Part shown: positions 1 through 11,725 of the stretch, one piece after another | Numbering within the stretch: position 1 is the stretch's first letter | Layout of the letters: every line of letters begins with the position of its first letter | Assembly (NCBI RefSeq): GCF_009914755.1 | Contig: NC_060929.1 | Source of the DNA: the human T2T-CHM13v2.0 reference genome, Homo sapiens | DNA: 64,000 nt | Direction: 5' to 3' (one strand) | Program-made: the position numbers and the translations under genes | The notes under the pieces: generated by a model | Told to the model about the DNA's origin: nothing | The model's input: the letters and a program-made list of their open reading frames with translations, nothing else | The model's database searches: none

Positions 1-319
1 CTGGGAGCTTGGTCCTCCCTCTCCCCACACCCTGGAGAATTCCTAGGAAATATGCCAAGCTCTGTGTCCCTTTGGTGCCAGGGCACATGCGTGCTCTTGT
101 TCTCACTCCAAGATGTAGAAAACACCTTAATTATCTTTCAGCCCATTAACACTCAACTCTGTGGCCCAGAATTCAATTCAACTCAAGTGGACTCAAAGTA
201 GCACATGTGGAGGATGCAGGGGTTGACTCTGGAGCCTCCACTTCACTCCTAACGATTAATCAAAGACACTCCTGAAATCCCACTTCCATGACAACGATTG
301 GTTCGGGAAGGAGCCGGTA

Positions 320-603
320 GACTACCCTGGCCAGTGAAATGTGAGGAGTGCTAAGAAGGATTCTGAAGAGATAGTCTTTTTCCTTGGATGTGGGTCTGTG
401 AGTGACTCTGCAGGGTCCAGCTGGAAGGCTAAGCTGGCCCACGAAGGATGATAGAGTGGAAGGAAGCCGGCGCTTGATACTGATGATGGTTCTGAGCCTG
501 GGGCCTGCCCTATTCATGGACTTGGCAATGTGTAAAAATAATTTTCCCTACTATTTGAGCCAGTTTGGGGCTTTCTGTAACCTAGAGAGCAGGTGACCTG
601 ACA
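320..603 (+). mobile_element. Old MaLR LTR fragment (MLT1J/K-like), 3' part
   Basis: 3' end 'tttgagccagtttggggctttctgtaacctagagagc...ctgaca' resembles the MLT1 LTR terminus; 5' boundary approximate. Confidence 0.5.
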
Positions 604-886
604 CCACACTCAGTTTCTGAGCTGCGCCTGGGCCAAGGTCTCAGAGATGGGAGACTTTGTGCTCCTGGAGTTCGCAAGCAACCAGAGTCTGGCTTCATCT
701 TCCTTCCAAAGCCTGGCTGAGGAATGCCGTGCGAGGCAGGAAGTCTCTTCTAGGTCTCAGGGATTTGACCATCTTTACTATGCATGAAGCACCAGCAAGC
801 AATCACGGCAGGCCCAAGGCCACGCCAGCATCCTTAGTGACTGTGTGTCAGGCCTCACAGACACTCCCTGTCCTATGAGTACCTGG

Positions 887-1204
887 TGACAGAGATTTGA
901 ACAAATTTTAGTCAGGCTTTTTTGAGCCCTCTGCTTTGCAGGGCCTAATCCTTGGTCTACTGGGCCCAGTTTTAGCAAAGAATCCTGAGAAGCCAATTTA
1001 TCCAGGATCCTCCACTCTTGATATCCAATCAAGTGTCTCTTCCTCCACCTAGAAGTCTAATCAAGTTCCCCACCCCCTACACCAAACTAAGCCCTCTTGG
1101 TAATTTTCCATCCTTTCCCTTACTCCACCAGCTGTAAATCCCTACCTGTCCCTGTCGTATTTGGACTTGAGTTCAACCAAGTGTTAGAGCAATTTCTCTT
1201 CACC
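887..1204 (+). mobile_element. ERV1 solo LTR, MER67/MER31-like
   Basis: Starts TGACAGAGA; contains 'aaattttagtcaggct...gagccct', 'cccagttttagcaaagaatcctg' and 'ggacttgagttcaa', typical of MER67/MER31 LTRs. Confidence 0.65.
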
Positions 1205-2949
1205 ACTGGCCATCCATTTTCCCCTTGTACCTGTGCTTTGTGTTTCTTCTCTGGGGTGCAAACCCAGACAGCAAGGCAGGGGAAATGGTCTGTTCCCTAA
1301 AGCACACTCTCCTCCCTCATCTTTTCCTGGCTTCTCAACCTCCTAGGACAAATTTCTTACATAATCAGAGGACTGGGTTTTTCATACAGCTATGAAGATT
1401 AAAGTACAATATCCTGTGTCAAGGAGTTTGACTTTAATATATCCTGGCATAGATGACTGATAGCCTTTCCTGAGAGCAAATGAGGAGAGAGAACGAATAC
1501 AAGTGACTGCATGAATGAATCAATTACTAAATGAAGGTGCTGAGCACCTGAAGGCAGGCTGGAGAATAGGAAGGACCAGCAAAGTTAGGTGGAGGCTGGG
1601 GAAGCCAAGGACTGGCTTCTTCACTGGCATTACAAATTTGGTGCAGAGCAGTTCCAAGCCTTCTTGCCAAACTATTCTTCCATGTCAGTATCGATTCATT
1701 GTTTTGAATTCAGTCTCAATCACCTCCCAAGGTGACAGTCCCTGAACCTGGAGTGTGTACTCACTGACATATCACAACTGTGATGGATCAACCGTCTCAC
1801 GTCTCAAGGTGCCCTTGGATGTTCCACCTAGAAGCTCTGCTTCTGAGATGACACTTACACTAAGCAGTGTTGGGGCCGCCCCTCCCCGTCTGCACAAGAC
1901 ATCTGTAGCCCAGCCCTGCCTTTGCTCTATCTGAGCGCAAATCCACCAGGCCAGGTGCGGCAGTGGAGGTGCCCAGAAGAGCCCAAGTTACTAACTTGAA
2001 GGCTGCTACATTTTCCCAAGAACAAAATCACTCTTCATTGCTGAGTCCATATGCAGGTTTTTCTGGTTTAATAATGAGAAAGACAGTCCCACCCCCACAC
2101 CACCAAATACCCCAAACAAAACCATAGCCCAGGCTTAAAAGGTTCCAGTTGTTCAAGGGATATCTCTCTCTCTCTTTCACAAAAGGAAAACCTTTACTGG
2201 TTTTACAAACACAGCATCAGCAGAGGGGCCGGCCTCGTGGGGAAAAGTTCATTTGACTCCTGTGGCACAAGCAACTCTCCCAGAACAGCAGCTTCCAGCA
2301 CTGAGCTCATACTCCTACCTTCCCCCCATGGAGGGGAGAGGTGCAGGTCAGCCATGAAGGAGGGAGAAAGCTGCTGCAAGGAAGCCTGGGGAAAACTTGG
2401 TCCCTGGACCTGGAGGCCACACAGAGTCGAGCCAGGGAGTTGCTCACCCAGCTGCAGGATTTGATCGGGGAAATTCTCAAAGGTTATGCAAAAGAAGAGG
2501 CTGTTTTCATACTTTTTATGTATGTATTTCATACAAAATATAGCGGACTCAACTAGTAATTTAAGTGGGACCTTTCTGTGACCTTCCCTGATAGGAGCAG
2601 TCTCTACTCAACCACATCTATAATACATCCCCAAGAAGTCAGTGCTTGGCTTCCCCAACCCCCACCTACCTTTGCTGGTCCTTCCTATTTTCCAACCTGC
2701 CTTCAGGTGCTCGACACCTTCGTTTATTAATTGATTCATGCATGCAGTCACTTTGTATTTACTCTCTCTCTCTCCTCATTTGTTCTCAGTAAAGGGTATC
2801 AGTCATTTATATGAATGGTAATTTGCACATAGGGCAGTCCGGCCTGCTATCTTTGCTAGTCCCTGAAAGGCGTTGCCACATTGGTCTCCCCTGGCCTCTG
2901 CCCATGCCATGCTCACTCCTTTCTTTGCCTGGTGTTCCCTCCATTGGGA

Positions 2950-3210
2950 GCACCCATTCTATTTCTTACCCACCCTTCAAAGTCAGGCTCAAGTTCTTAT
3001 GGCCTCTCAAAGTCTTTCCTACCTGATTTAACCCATATTAGTCTCCTCTGAGCTCCTCTCATCCGTAAGACCGTGCCACAGAAATATGAACAGGATTCTG
3101 TGCTGTCTTGTATTATCTTGTTACTTTCCCCCCAAATAGAGAATAAGCTTCCTGAGGCCAGGTCCCATGCCACATATTCCACGAAGCCCCAAGCAGGGTG
3201 CTGAGCCCAG
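2950..3210 (+). mobile_element. L2 3' fragment (highly decayed)
   Basis: 'ccttcaaagtcaggctcaag...' and 'taagcttcctgaggccagg' resemble the L2 3' region. Confidence 0.4.
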
Positions 3211-3966
3211 CCCATGGTGGGAGCGGTGGTTGTTCAGGAGTGAGGCAGACTAGCTCTGGGTTCTAGTCCTGGGTGGGTGACCCAGAATCAGTTCTTGCTC
3301 TGGGCAGGGGGTGGGGAGGCCACTCCCCACACACATGGAGGAGCACAGTGGGGTTGGGCCAGTGCTCACTGTCCTGGTAAGGGAGCAGTTCCTCTCAGAC
3401 TTTGGTGAGTGGCAGCACAGCTGCAGGTGGGCCTGGGTGACAGCGACTGTGTGAGCCTGAACAGAGGGTCAGTGCTGTCTAAGGTGGGAGGAAGAAAGTC
3501 TTAATGAGGACCCTGACAAAGCAGCATGCAACATGGGCACTGAAACCAACTCTAACAGGGATACTGGATTTCCAAGTGATTTTATCGATGGTTGAAGGCT
3601 CAACATCGTGGCTAGCTTATCGTAGAGACCAGACCTCTAATCCCTATGCCAACAAGCTTCCAGTGCTTATGGGAGAGATTAAGTTAGGATTTGTACATTT
3701 TCCTGCAGTGGGGCAGGGGGAAGGAATAATTTGTGCCCCTCACTTGGTTGTGAGTGGAAGGAAACGGGACATGGCCTCTGCCATCAAAGTGTTTACCCAC
3801 TTCTTGAGCAAGTTTCTCACCACATCCTGCTCCCCATATGGGAAAGGAGGGGGCAGGGTGGGGACAGAGTCCCTGATGAGCCAATCCATCAATCTCTCTC
3901 TTCCCCAGGGTTCTCATTTTGAGTGGAGTTGAGGTAGAAGAATTCCTTGGGACAAGAACACTTACC

Positions 3967-4560
<594 letters not shown>

Positions 4561-4573
4561 CAGTCTAGGGTCA

Positions 4574-5001
4574 GAGTGTGAGTGTGTGTGTGTCAGTGTG
4601 AGTGTGTGTGTGTGTAAGTGTGAGAGTGTGTGTGAGAATATGAGTGTGTGAGTACGAGTGACTGTATGTGTGTGTATGTGTATGAGTGTGAATGTATATG
4701 TGACAGTGTATGAGTGTGTGAGCATGTGTGAGTGTATGTGAGAGTATGATTGTATGAGTATATGTATGTATGTGTGCATGTGTATGTGTGAGTGTAAGAG
4801 TGTGTGTGTATATATGTCTGAATATGTATGTGGGTGTGTGTGTGTATATGTGTATGTGTGTGAGAGTGAGTGTATGAGTGTGGGAGTATGCGTGTATGTG
4901 AGTATATGAGTGTGTGAGTATATGAGGGTGTATATGAGCATGTGTGAGAATGAGTATATGTGAGTGTGTGTGTGTGTGTGTGTGTGTGAGTGTGTATGTG
5001 T
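4574..5001. repeat. Long degenerate (TG)n microsatellite with TA/GA interruptions
   Basis: About 430 bp of tgtg/tatg/tgag units seen directly. Confidence 0.97.
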
Positions 5002-6599
5002 ACACCACTGCATTCCCTGGGACAGAGGCTCAGTGGCATGACAGAGTGAAGGTGTGAGAAGCCAGGTTTCCCACGGCTGGGCCTGCAGGAGGAGGCTGGC
5101 TCTCCCCTCCCTGATGCCAAGGGTTGTCTGATACGTTGTCTCCTAGCTTACAGGAAGCCACAAAGCCATTAAGAAGTGGCAAATTATGATCTGATTGTGT
5201 TACTTGTGTCTTGGGCCGCCCCTACTGCGACTGAAAGGAGGGCAGCTGGGAGGAAGACAGTGACCTCAGCAGGGGCTGCTGCAGAAATCTGGGTCACAGA
5301 GGGTGGGCCTGAGTCAAGGCTGTGACGGAGGGGATGGGCAGAAGACAGAATCCATAGGTCTTGCAGGCAAGGGGGAGAGAAGGGCAGGAGTTCCCTCAGA
5401 GAAGCCAGGAGTAGAGGCTTGCACCCCCACCCCGATGGAGCACACGGCTCACCTCATAAAGGCCTCAACCTCCTGAGCAGCCTGTGCTCCCTGGTGACTG
5501 CTTTCTGGCTGTTTGCTCAGACACTGCTGGCTGTGAACTAAACACTCCTAAAATGTTTCTTATACATTGCAGACGTTTTTCTACCTTGAAACACTCGGGT
5601 GGTTTAATTTGTTTTCTGAAATAACAAAAGCAATTAGAGTAATTGTCTTCAGAATGGGGCACTCCTAGGGAACAACCTCAACCCCACACAGGAGGCGCCT
5701 GGCAGATTCATTCCAGGTTCATAATTTATGGAGCAATTTGCCTGTCCTCTCACAGGCAGGAGCCTCTCAGCAAGGGGAAGGTGTACCAGGCACCAGGTGA
5801 CTTACTTGGTAGCCTGTTTGTAGCTCCTCTTGCTGGGAAGATGAAAATAAGAGATAGTTACTTCCCACCATGGGGAAGGCTGGGGGAGGCAGGCAGGGGG
5901 AGGCCTGCCCACCCAGCACAGGACCTCTGGGCACCAACAAGGGCTCTGTGGGTCTTGTCTTAGTGCCCTGTGGGTGTCCCTGCCCCAGGGCATCGCTCTC
6001 CTGGTTTGCAGATGACTCCATCCCACTGAGCTAGAACCAGACCCTGGGTGCCACAGTCCAGGATGGGTGGGAATGATAAGCTGGATGTGGTTTGTGGCTG
6101 TCTGTATTTTGGTTCATTTCCAAGACAGGTGATCAGCAGTATTAGGGTGAGTTAAGAATGGAAGAAGGTGACTGTGGCTTCATCTCTTCCTCTGTTTTCT
6201 TATGAAGGCCGACTCGAAGTTTCTCTGAGAGAATTACTAGACCTGCCCTCTAAGGCAGAGGAGCCCAAGCCACGGAGCCACTGCCTTTTCTCCCTCTAGC
6301 CATGTCAGCATTGTATCAGCAGCACCACCATTCAGGCCGCAGGTCAGCTGCTCAGCAAGCCACACCCCAGCCTAAGGTCCAGGTCCCAGACCTGAGACTC
6401 AGTGTGGCAGCACCGGGCAAACTCCCCCAGTTGTTCCTGTGCTGCAACCTCTGCCAAGGGACTTCTGACAGGCAGGCCAGCTATGACCAAGCTCACCTCC
6501 AGGACTTTCCAGCTCAGTGCGGGAAACAGACGGCTACCCAACCAACATGCAGAATGACCTATACGTTACACAATAACACACACGAGGGAAGAGCTGAGA

Positions 6600-7275
6600 G
6601 GGTGGAGGGGGTGAGAGATTCCCTACAAGTGCAGGAATCATGAAACTTTCTTGAGAAATAGCATTTAATCCAGGCCCTAAAGGAAGGGCAGTATTTGAAA
6701 GGCAGGTATAATTACTCTTAATTGCAAAAACCACAATTACTTTTGCACTGACCGCACAGAAGTCAGTGCATCTCAAGCTGAACAAATGCACAGACATGTG
6801 AAAGCAGAAGATGTGTCTGAGAGGGGACTGCTGGTCTCACTTGGCCAGAGGGCAGGAGCCAGAGGAAAGCAGAGGGAGGTAAGGTTAGAAAGACCCCTCA
6901 GGACCGGATTGTGAAGAGGCCGAATGGCGATCAAGGTGATAGAGTCTCCTCTGTGTGCTGGGAGACCCAATGCCGCCAATTCTGAAGACCGTGGGCTGCA
7001 TTGGCCAGGGATGCAATGGAGCCAGGAACTCTGTTGGAAAGATCTGCTCAAGGAGAAGAGAACAGTCCAAGAGCTCATAACCAGAGCTGCATTGAGATGT
7101 GGCTTTGGGAAAGGGATGAATGACAGATGACCCAGTTTTCCACTTTAAGCAAGTGGGTGAATTTTGGTGCTGTTCCCTGCAGCCAGCATGACTGGAGGAG
7201 ATGCAGATAGTGTTGGACCTGGCAGAGGGGATGGAACAGCTTTGCTTTGGGCATGTTAAACTGGGAATGCCACAT
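6600..7275 (-). mobile_element. L2 fragment
   Basis: 'gctttgggcatgttaaactgggaatgcc' and other segments match reverse-complement L2; boundaries approximate. Confidence 0.55.
6711..6753. mobile_element. Truncated MADE1 (Hsmar1-derived MITE), one arm
   Basis: 'attactcttaattgcaaaaaccacaattacttttgcactgacc' matches the MADE1 half ATTACTTTCAATGGCAAAAACCGCAATTACTTTTGCACCAACC. Confidence 0.85.
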
Positions 7276-8168
7276 ACTAATATTAGAAAGCCAGATGTTT
7301 CAAACATTTTAAAAACAAAAGGAGAGGGTTCAAAATGACAGGGTAGGTACATGCATTTCTTTCGCCTGCTGAGACTCAATTACAATGTCTTTAAAAGAGT
7401 AAATTACAACAGTAAAGATAGTGGAAGAGGCACCCTTGGTGAGCAAGGGATTTAAGTACATTTCCAGAACATTCACTGGCGCACAGGACAGAGGACACCT
7501 CAGTCCACAGCCCACAGCCCAGAACATATGCAGAAGAGGCAGCCGCCGTACAGGGAGCCCACCTCCAAATAACACCTCCCTCAGAGGCACAGTCAAGATA
7601 AGGATGGGGAAAAATTGAAGCGCTATATGTGGAAAACTCTCTTATGCAGAAAAAAAAAACAGAAGAATTTTTTGCCTAAAGAAATGGAATCCACAGCCCG
7701 CAGAGAACCACGGTGGTTCCTGTGGGTGTTAGCACCTTCCATACTCTGGAAGGGCATTGCGTAGGGGCTGCTCACGTGACACCCAGCTCCCAGCCTGCTC
7801 ATCCTAAAGTGGAAACTGCCAGCTGACAGGCCCTGCCCTGGAATAAGAGCTTCCAGTCAACCCTTGTGCTGTCCTTACTTCCGTATTGGAGTGGACAACC
7901 AAGAATTGCCAGACCCGCAACAGAAAACACACAGAGCAGTACCACAGATGAGCTGAAAACAAACAGATGAACAAACAATGACAGCTGACTAAAAATAAAA
8001 CCCAAACAGAGATAATCCATGTGACAGAAGAAAACTAAAAGTAAAAGCATAATTCCCAAAGAAAGCCAAACACTGCAAACTAGTATCCTCAGTCGGTTTC
8101 AACAAGATGCCACTTCTAGGAATCAGAAAGCAAGAAAGTGTGCTTGAAAATTAAAAGCATGAGTCTTA

Positions 8169-8511
<343 letters not shown>

Positions 8512-8821
8512 AAAAACATGAGTCTTGAAACAAAAAGTTCAATACTCAGATCAGATGATAAAGCCAAGAGAATTTTCCAGAATATAGAATAAAATATATA
8601 GAACAGACACTTTAAGAGAAAAGTAACAGAAAATATTGATACAGGAGGTCTCACATGCAATTAAGATTTTTAGAAAGACAGAAACCTGAGAAGAGGAAGT
8701 TGCTTAAGAAAATTATAATTGCTTTTATTTGAGGAAGGATATATGTCTTTAGGCTGAAGGACCCACAAAAGGAACCACAAAGTCAGACACATCATTGCAA
8801 AATTTTATAACATCAAGGACA

Positions 8822-8963
8822 TTAATGTTATTTTGTTCATCATGGATTTTTTTGCATTAATTTTGATTTGTAAAATATTGCATTAAAATATTATTTGTTT
8901 TAACTACCGCGTCTTTGTGTTGGAGGCACGCACCTCAATTGCCTCACTCTGATCCTCGCCCTG
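8822..8963 (-). mobile_element. hAT MITE fragment, MER96B-like
   Basis: 'ttgttcatcatggatttttttgcattaattttgatt...aatattgcattaaaatattattt' and terminus 'gcctcactctgatcctcgccctg'. Confidence 0.65.
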
Positions 8964-9045
8964 TTTTGTGCCAGGCATAGAAACTGGAGATAAGTGAGTG
9001 AATCAGCTTCTACTCTCATGAACCTTAAAGGGTTCATGAAGGGAT

Positions 9046-9401
9046 TGCTCTGGTCCCAATGCTGTGTCCCCCTCAACTCATATGTTGAAATCTTAACCCC
9101 CAAGGTGATGGTATTAGGATGTGGGGCCTTTGGGAGGTGATTAGGTCAGGAGAGTGGAATTCTCATGGATGGGATTGGTGCCCTCATAAAAGAGACCCCA
9201 GAGAGGCCTCTGCCCCTTCTGCCATGTGAGGACACAGCTGAAAGGTGCCATCTATGAACCAGAAAGTGGGCCCTCACCAGACTCTGACTTGGCCAGTGCT
9301 TTGATGTTAGACTTCTCAGCCACCGAAATTTTAAATTTCTGTTGTTTATCAGCTACCCAGGCTATGCGATTTTGTTATAGTAGCCTCAGTGGACTAACAC
9401 A
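9046..9401 (+). mobile_element. MLT1A0 solo LTR (MaLR)
   Basis: TG...CA termini, close match to the recalled MLT1A0 consensus throughout, perfect 5-bp TSD GGGAT (9041-9045, 9402-9406). Confidence 0.9.
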
Positions 9402-9524
9402 GGGATGATCCTAATAGCTTCCAGATAGATTAAATGGGTCACCCACAAGGAATAAGGATCAGTCTAGCATTGGACTTTTTACCAATGACACTGCTTGCTT
9501 AAAGATGATGCCTTTAAAAGTATG

Positions 9525-9892
9525 ACGGTGTGGTTTTTCTCTCCTGGATACACAGTTAACACTACACTTTTCATCCCCCTTGCTCTAGAGGGGGCCATTC
9601 CACTAGGTCTCACATACAGGGTGTGAGTAGAATGATACGTCACCTCTGGGCTGGATCAGTTAAGAGCTGCTGGGCCTTTTCCATGTTCTTTCAAATCTCC
9701 CTCTCATCCTTGTCCATAGTGACCTTGGGGGCCACACTATAGAAGGAATCTGGTTTCAGAATTACCGTGTGGAGCAGAGAACTCCTGCACTCCATCAGGG
9801 GAATGAGCAGGCTGTGCTGTGAGTATACAATAAACTGTATTATACTACTGATATTTGGGGGTTATATAGCAGTTATACTATCTTGACTATTA
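9525..9892 (+). mobile_element. Old MLT1 (H/I/J-like) LTR
   Basis: 'gtgtgagtagaatgatacgtcacctctgggctgg', 'actgatatttgggggtt...atagcag...cttgacta' are MLT1 motifs. Confidence 0.6.
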
Positions 9893-11357
9893 GAAGAAAA
9901 AATTTCAACCTGGAATTCTATATCCAGCCGATCTGTCAATCAAGTACAAGTACAGAATGAAAGCATTTTCAAATATGTGAGTAATAGAAAGTGGAACTCC
10001 TGTGCACACTTTCTCAGGAAATAACATAAGGGTGTACCCCAGAAAAGAGAAAGTGCAAGCCAAGAAAGGAAATTCAGGATAACTTGGGAAGGAGAGTGCG
10101 AGCAAAAAGAACATTCTAGATTAGAATAAGAAAAAGAGGCTCCAGAAGAAAGGACTCCATAAAAAACACAACTGATGATAAAAGAAATCATATTAGTGAA
10201 TGCCTAGAAAATGTGAGGATATGTGGAAGGCAATTGATGGAGGGTAAAAAAGGAGAATTTATTTCAGCCTGATACCAGAAAAGAGTCTTCACTGAATGGC
10301 TCAGAGTTGGTATGCTGGATGCATAGAGAACTAAATGAAATACTAGGACATGATTTGACTCTCCAACATTGGCATCTCACAGTCATACTAATGTAAATGC
10401 GATTTATTTGTCTTCAACTTTCAGAATCAGCTTATAGACAAATGATAGAAGACCATCCAAATGCTGACATGGCAAGGACATCTTGGTCATCAAGTCTAAC
10501 CCCAGCCTTGAAAGATGAATACACCAGGGTTTGAACAGGGATGTGATTTTCCCAAGGTCCCTGAGTGTGTAGCAGGGGTTGGAGGGCAATGGCCTTGGTG
10601 CCTGTACTCCCAGTCCCACTGTGCCCTGACTCTTGTACTGTTCACCTTGCCTGGACTCACACTCACAAGCCATGGCAGGGGGAGCTCCTGCCCATGACCT
10701 TGCTTTCTCAGCAAAGGCTATTGTGACTCCTGCAGGGTTTATCACCTAGTTCCAGTTCTGACACGCCTTCCCCTCCCTGTTTCTTTAGACACTTTTCCTC
10801 CCAGTAGGGGCAGCTGTTGATTTCTTCTCTAGAGAAGATAACCTTGCCTGTCCAATGTGTTCTAATCTAGTGCTCTGTTTCTACAGTTTTCAGATGCTAT
10901 TGGAGAGACTCTGATTTGAAAAGAAAAGAAAAAAAAAATCAATGGTGTGTTTTGTACAGGTGACACGTCAAAGCATGTCAGCTGCTTGGCAGTTTGACTC
11001 CTAACCAGCTGGTCTGCAGTATCAGCGACAGGGTAGAATGCTTGGCCCTTTGGTCGTGACTGGACAAAGTGGCTCCTAGCTGCATGCAGTGTGTCCCTCC
11101 CATGGTCTGAGATCAGCACCGACCAGTCATGCTTGACCCCGTAACCACTTGGACAGCCATCAGCACACGCTGCAGCACCACACATGCAGTGTGTGGTGAG
11201 GGCTGCCCAACTGCTTAGGGGGTCAAGAGGTTATTAGGCCAGACCTCTGCCTCCGCGTCAACACATTACCTACATATGCTTGAATAGAGGAGTCTTCCAC
11301 ATTTGGAATCTCTAAGAAAGGTGTAATAACAGAGATAGAATCTCTAGAGAAATCTTA

Positions 11358-11725
11358 GGTATTAGTCTGTTCTCATGCTGCTGTGAAGAAATACCTGAGA
11401 CTGGGTAATTTACAGAGGAAAGAGGTTTAATTCACTCACAGTTTCCCATGGCTAGGGAAGCCTCAGGAAACTTACAATCATGGTAGAAGGCACCTCTTCA
11501 CAGGGTGGCAGGAGAGACAATGAGTGCAGAGTGAAGAGGAGAAAAGCTCCTTATAAAACCATCAGATCTTGTGCGAACTCACTCACTATCATAAGAACAG
11601 CATGGGGGAGCTGCCCCCATAATCTAATCACCTCCCATGAGGTCCCTCCCCCAATACATGGGGATTGCAATTTGAATTACAACTCAAGATGAGATTTTGG
11701 GTGGGGACACAGCCAAACCATGTCA
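11358..11725 (-). mobile_element. THE1C solo LTR
   Basis: 'tattagtctgttctcatgctgct...ggcacctcttcacagggtggcagg...gggtggggacacagccaaaccatgtca'; TSD TCTT(A/G). Confidence 0.92.

Noticed and set aside
9016-9039. 9-bp inverted repeat TCATGAACC/GGTTCATGA beside MLT1A0
   Set aside because: Within chance expectation; not part of the LTR or its TSD.
10861-11200. Possible plus-strand exon (ctaat branch-like, tgtttctacag acceptor at 10886, TG|GTGAGG donor at 11196)
   Set aside because: Splice-like signals of this quality are common in non-coding DNA; there is no coding signal or partner exon, so transcript data would be needed.
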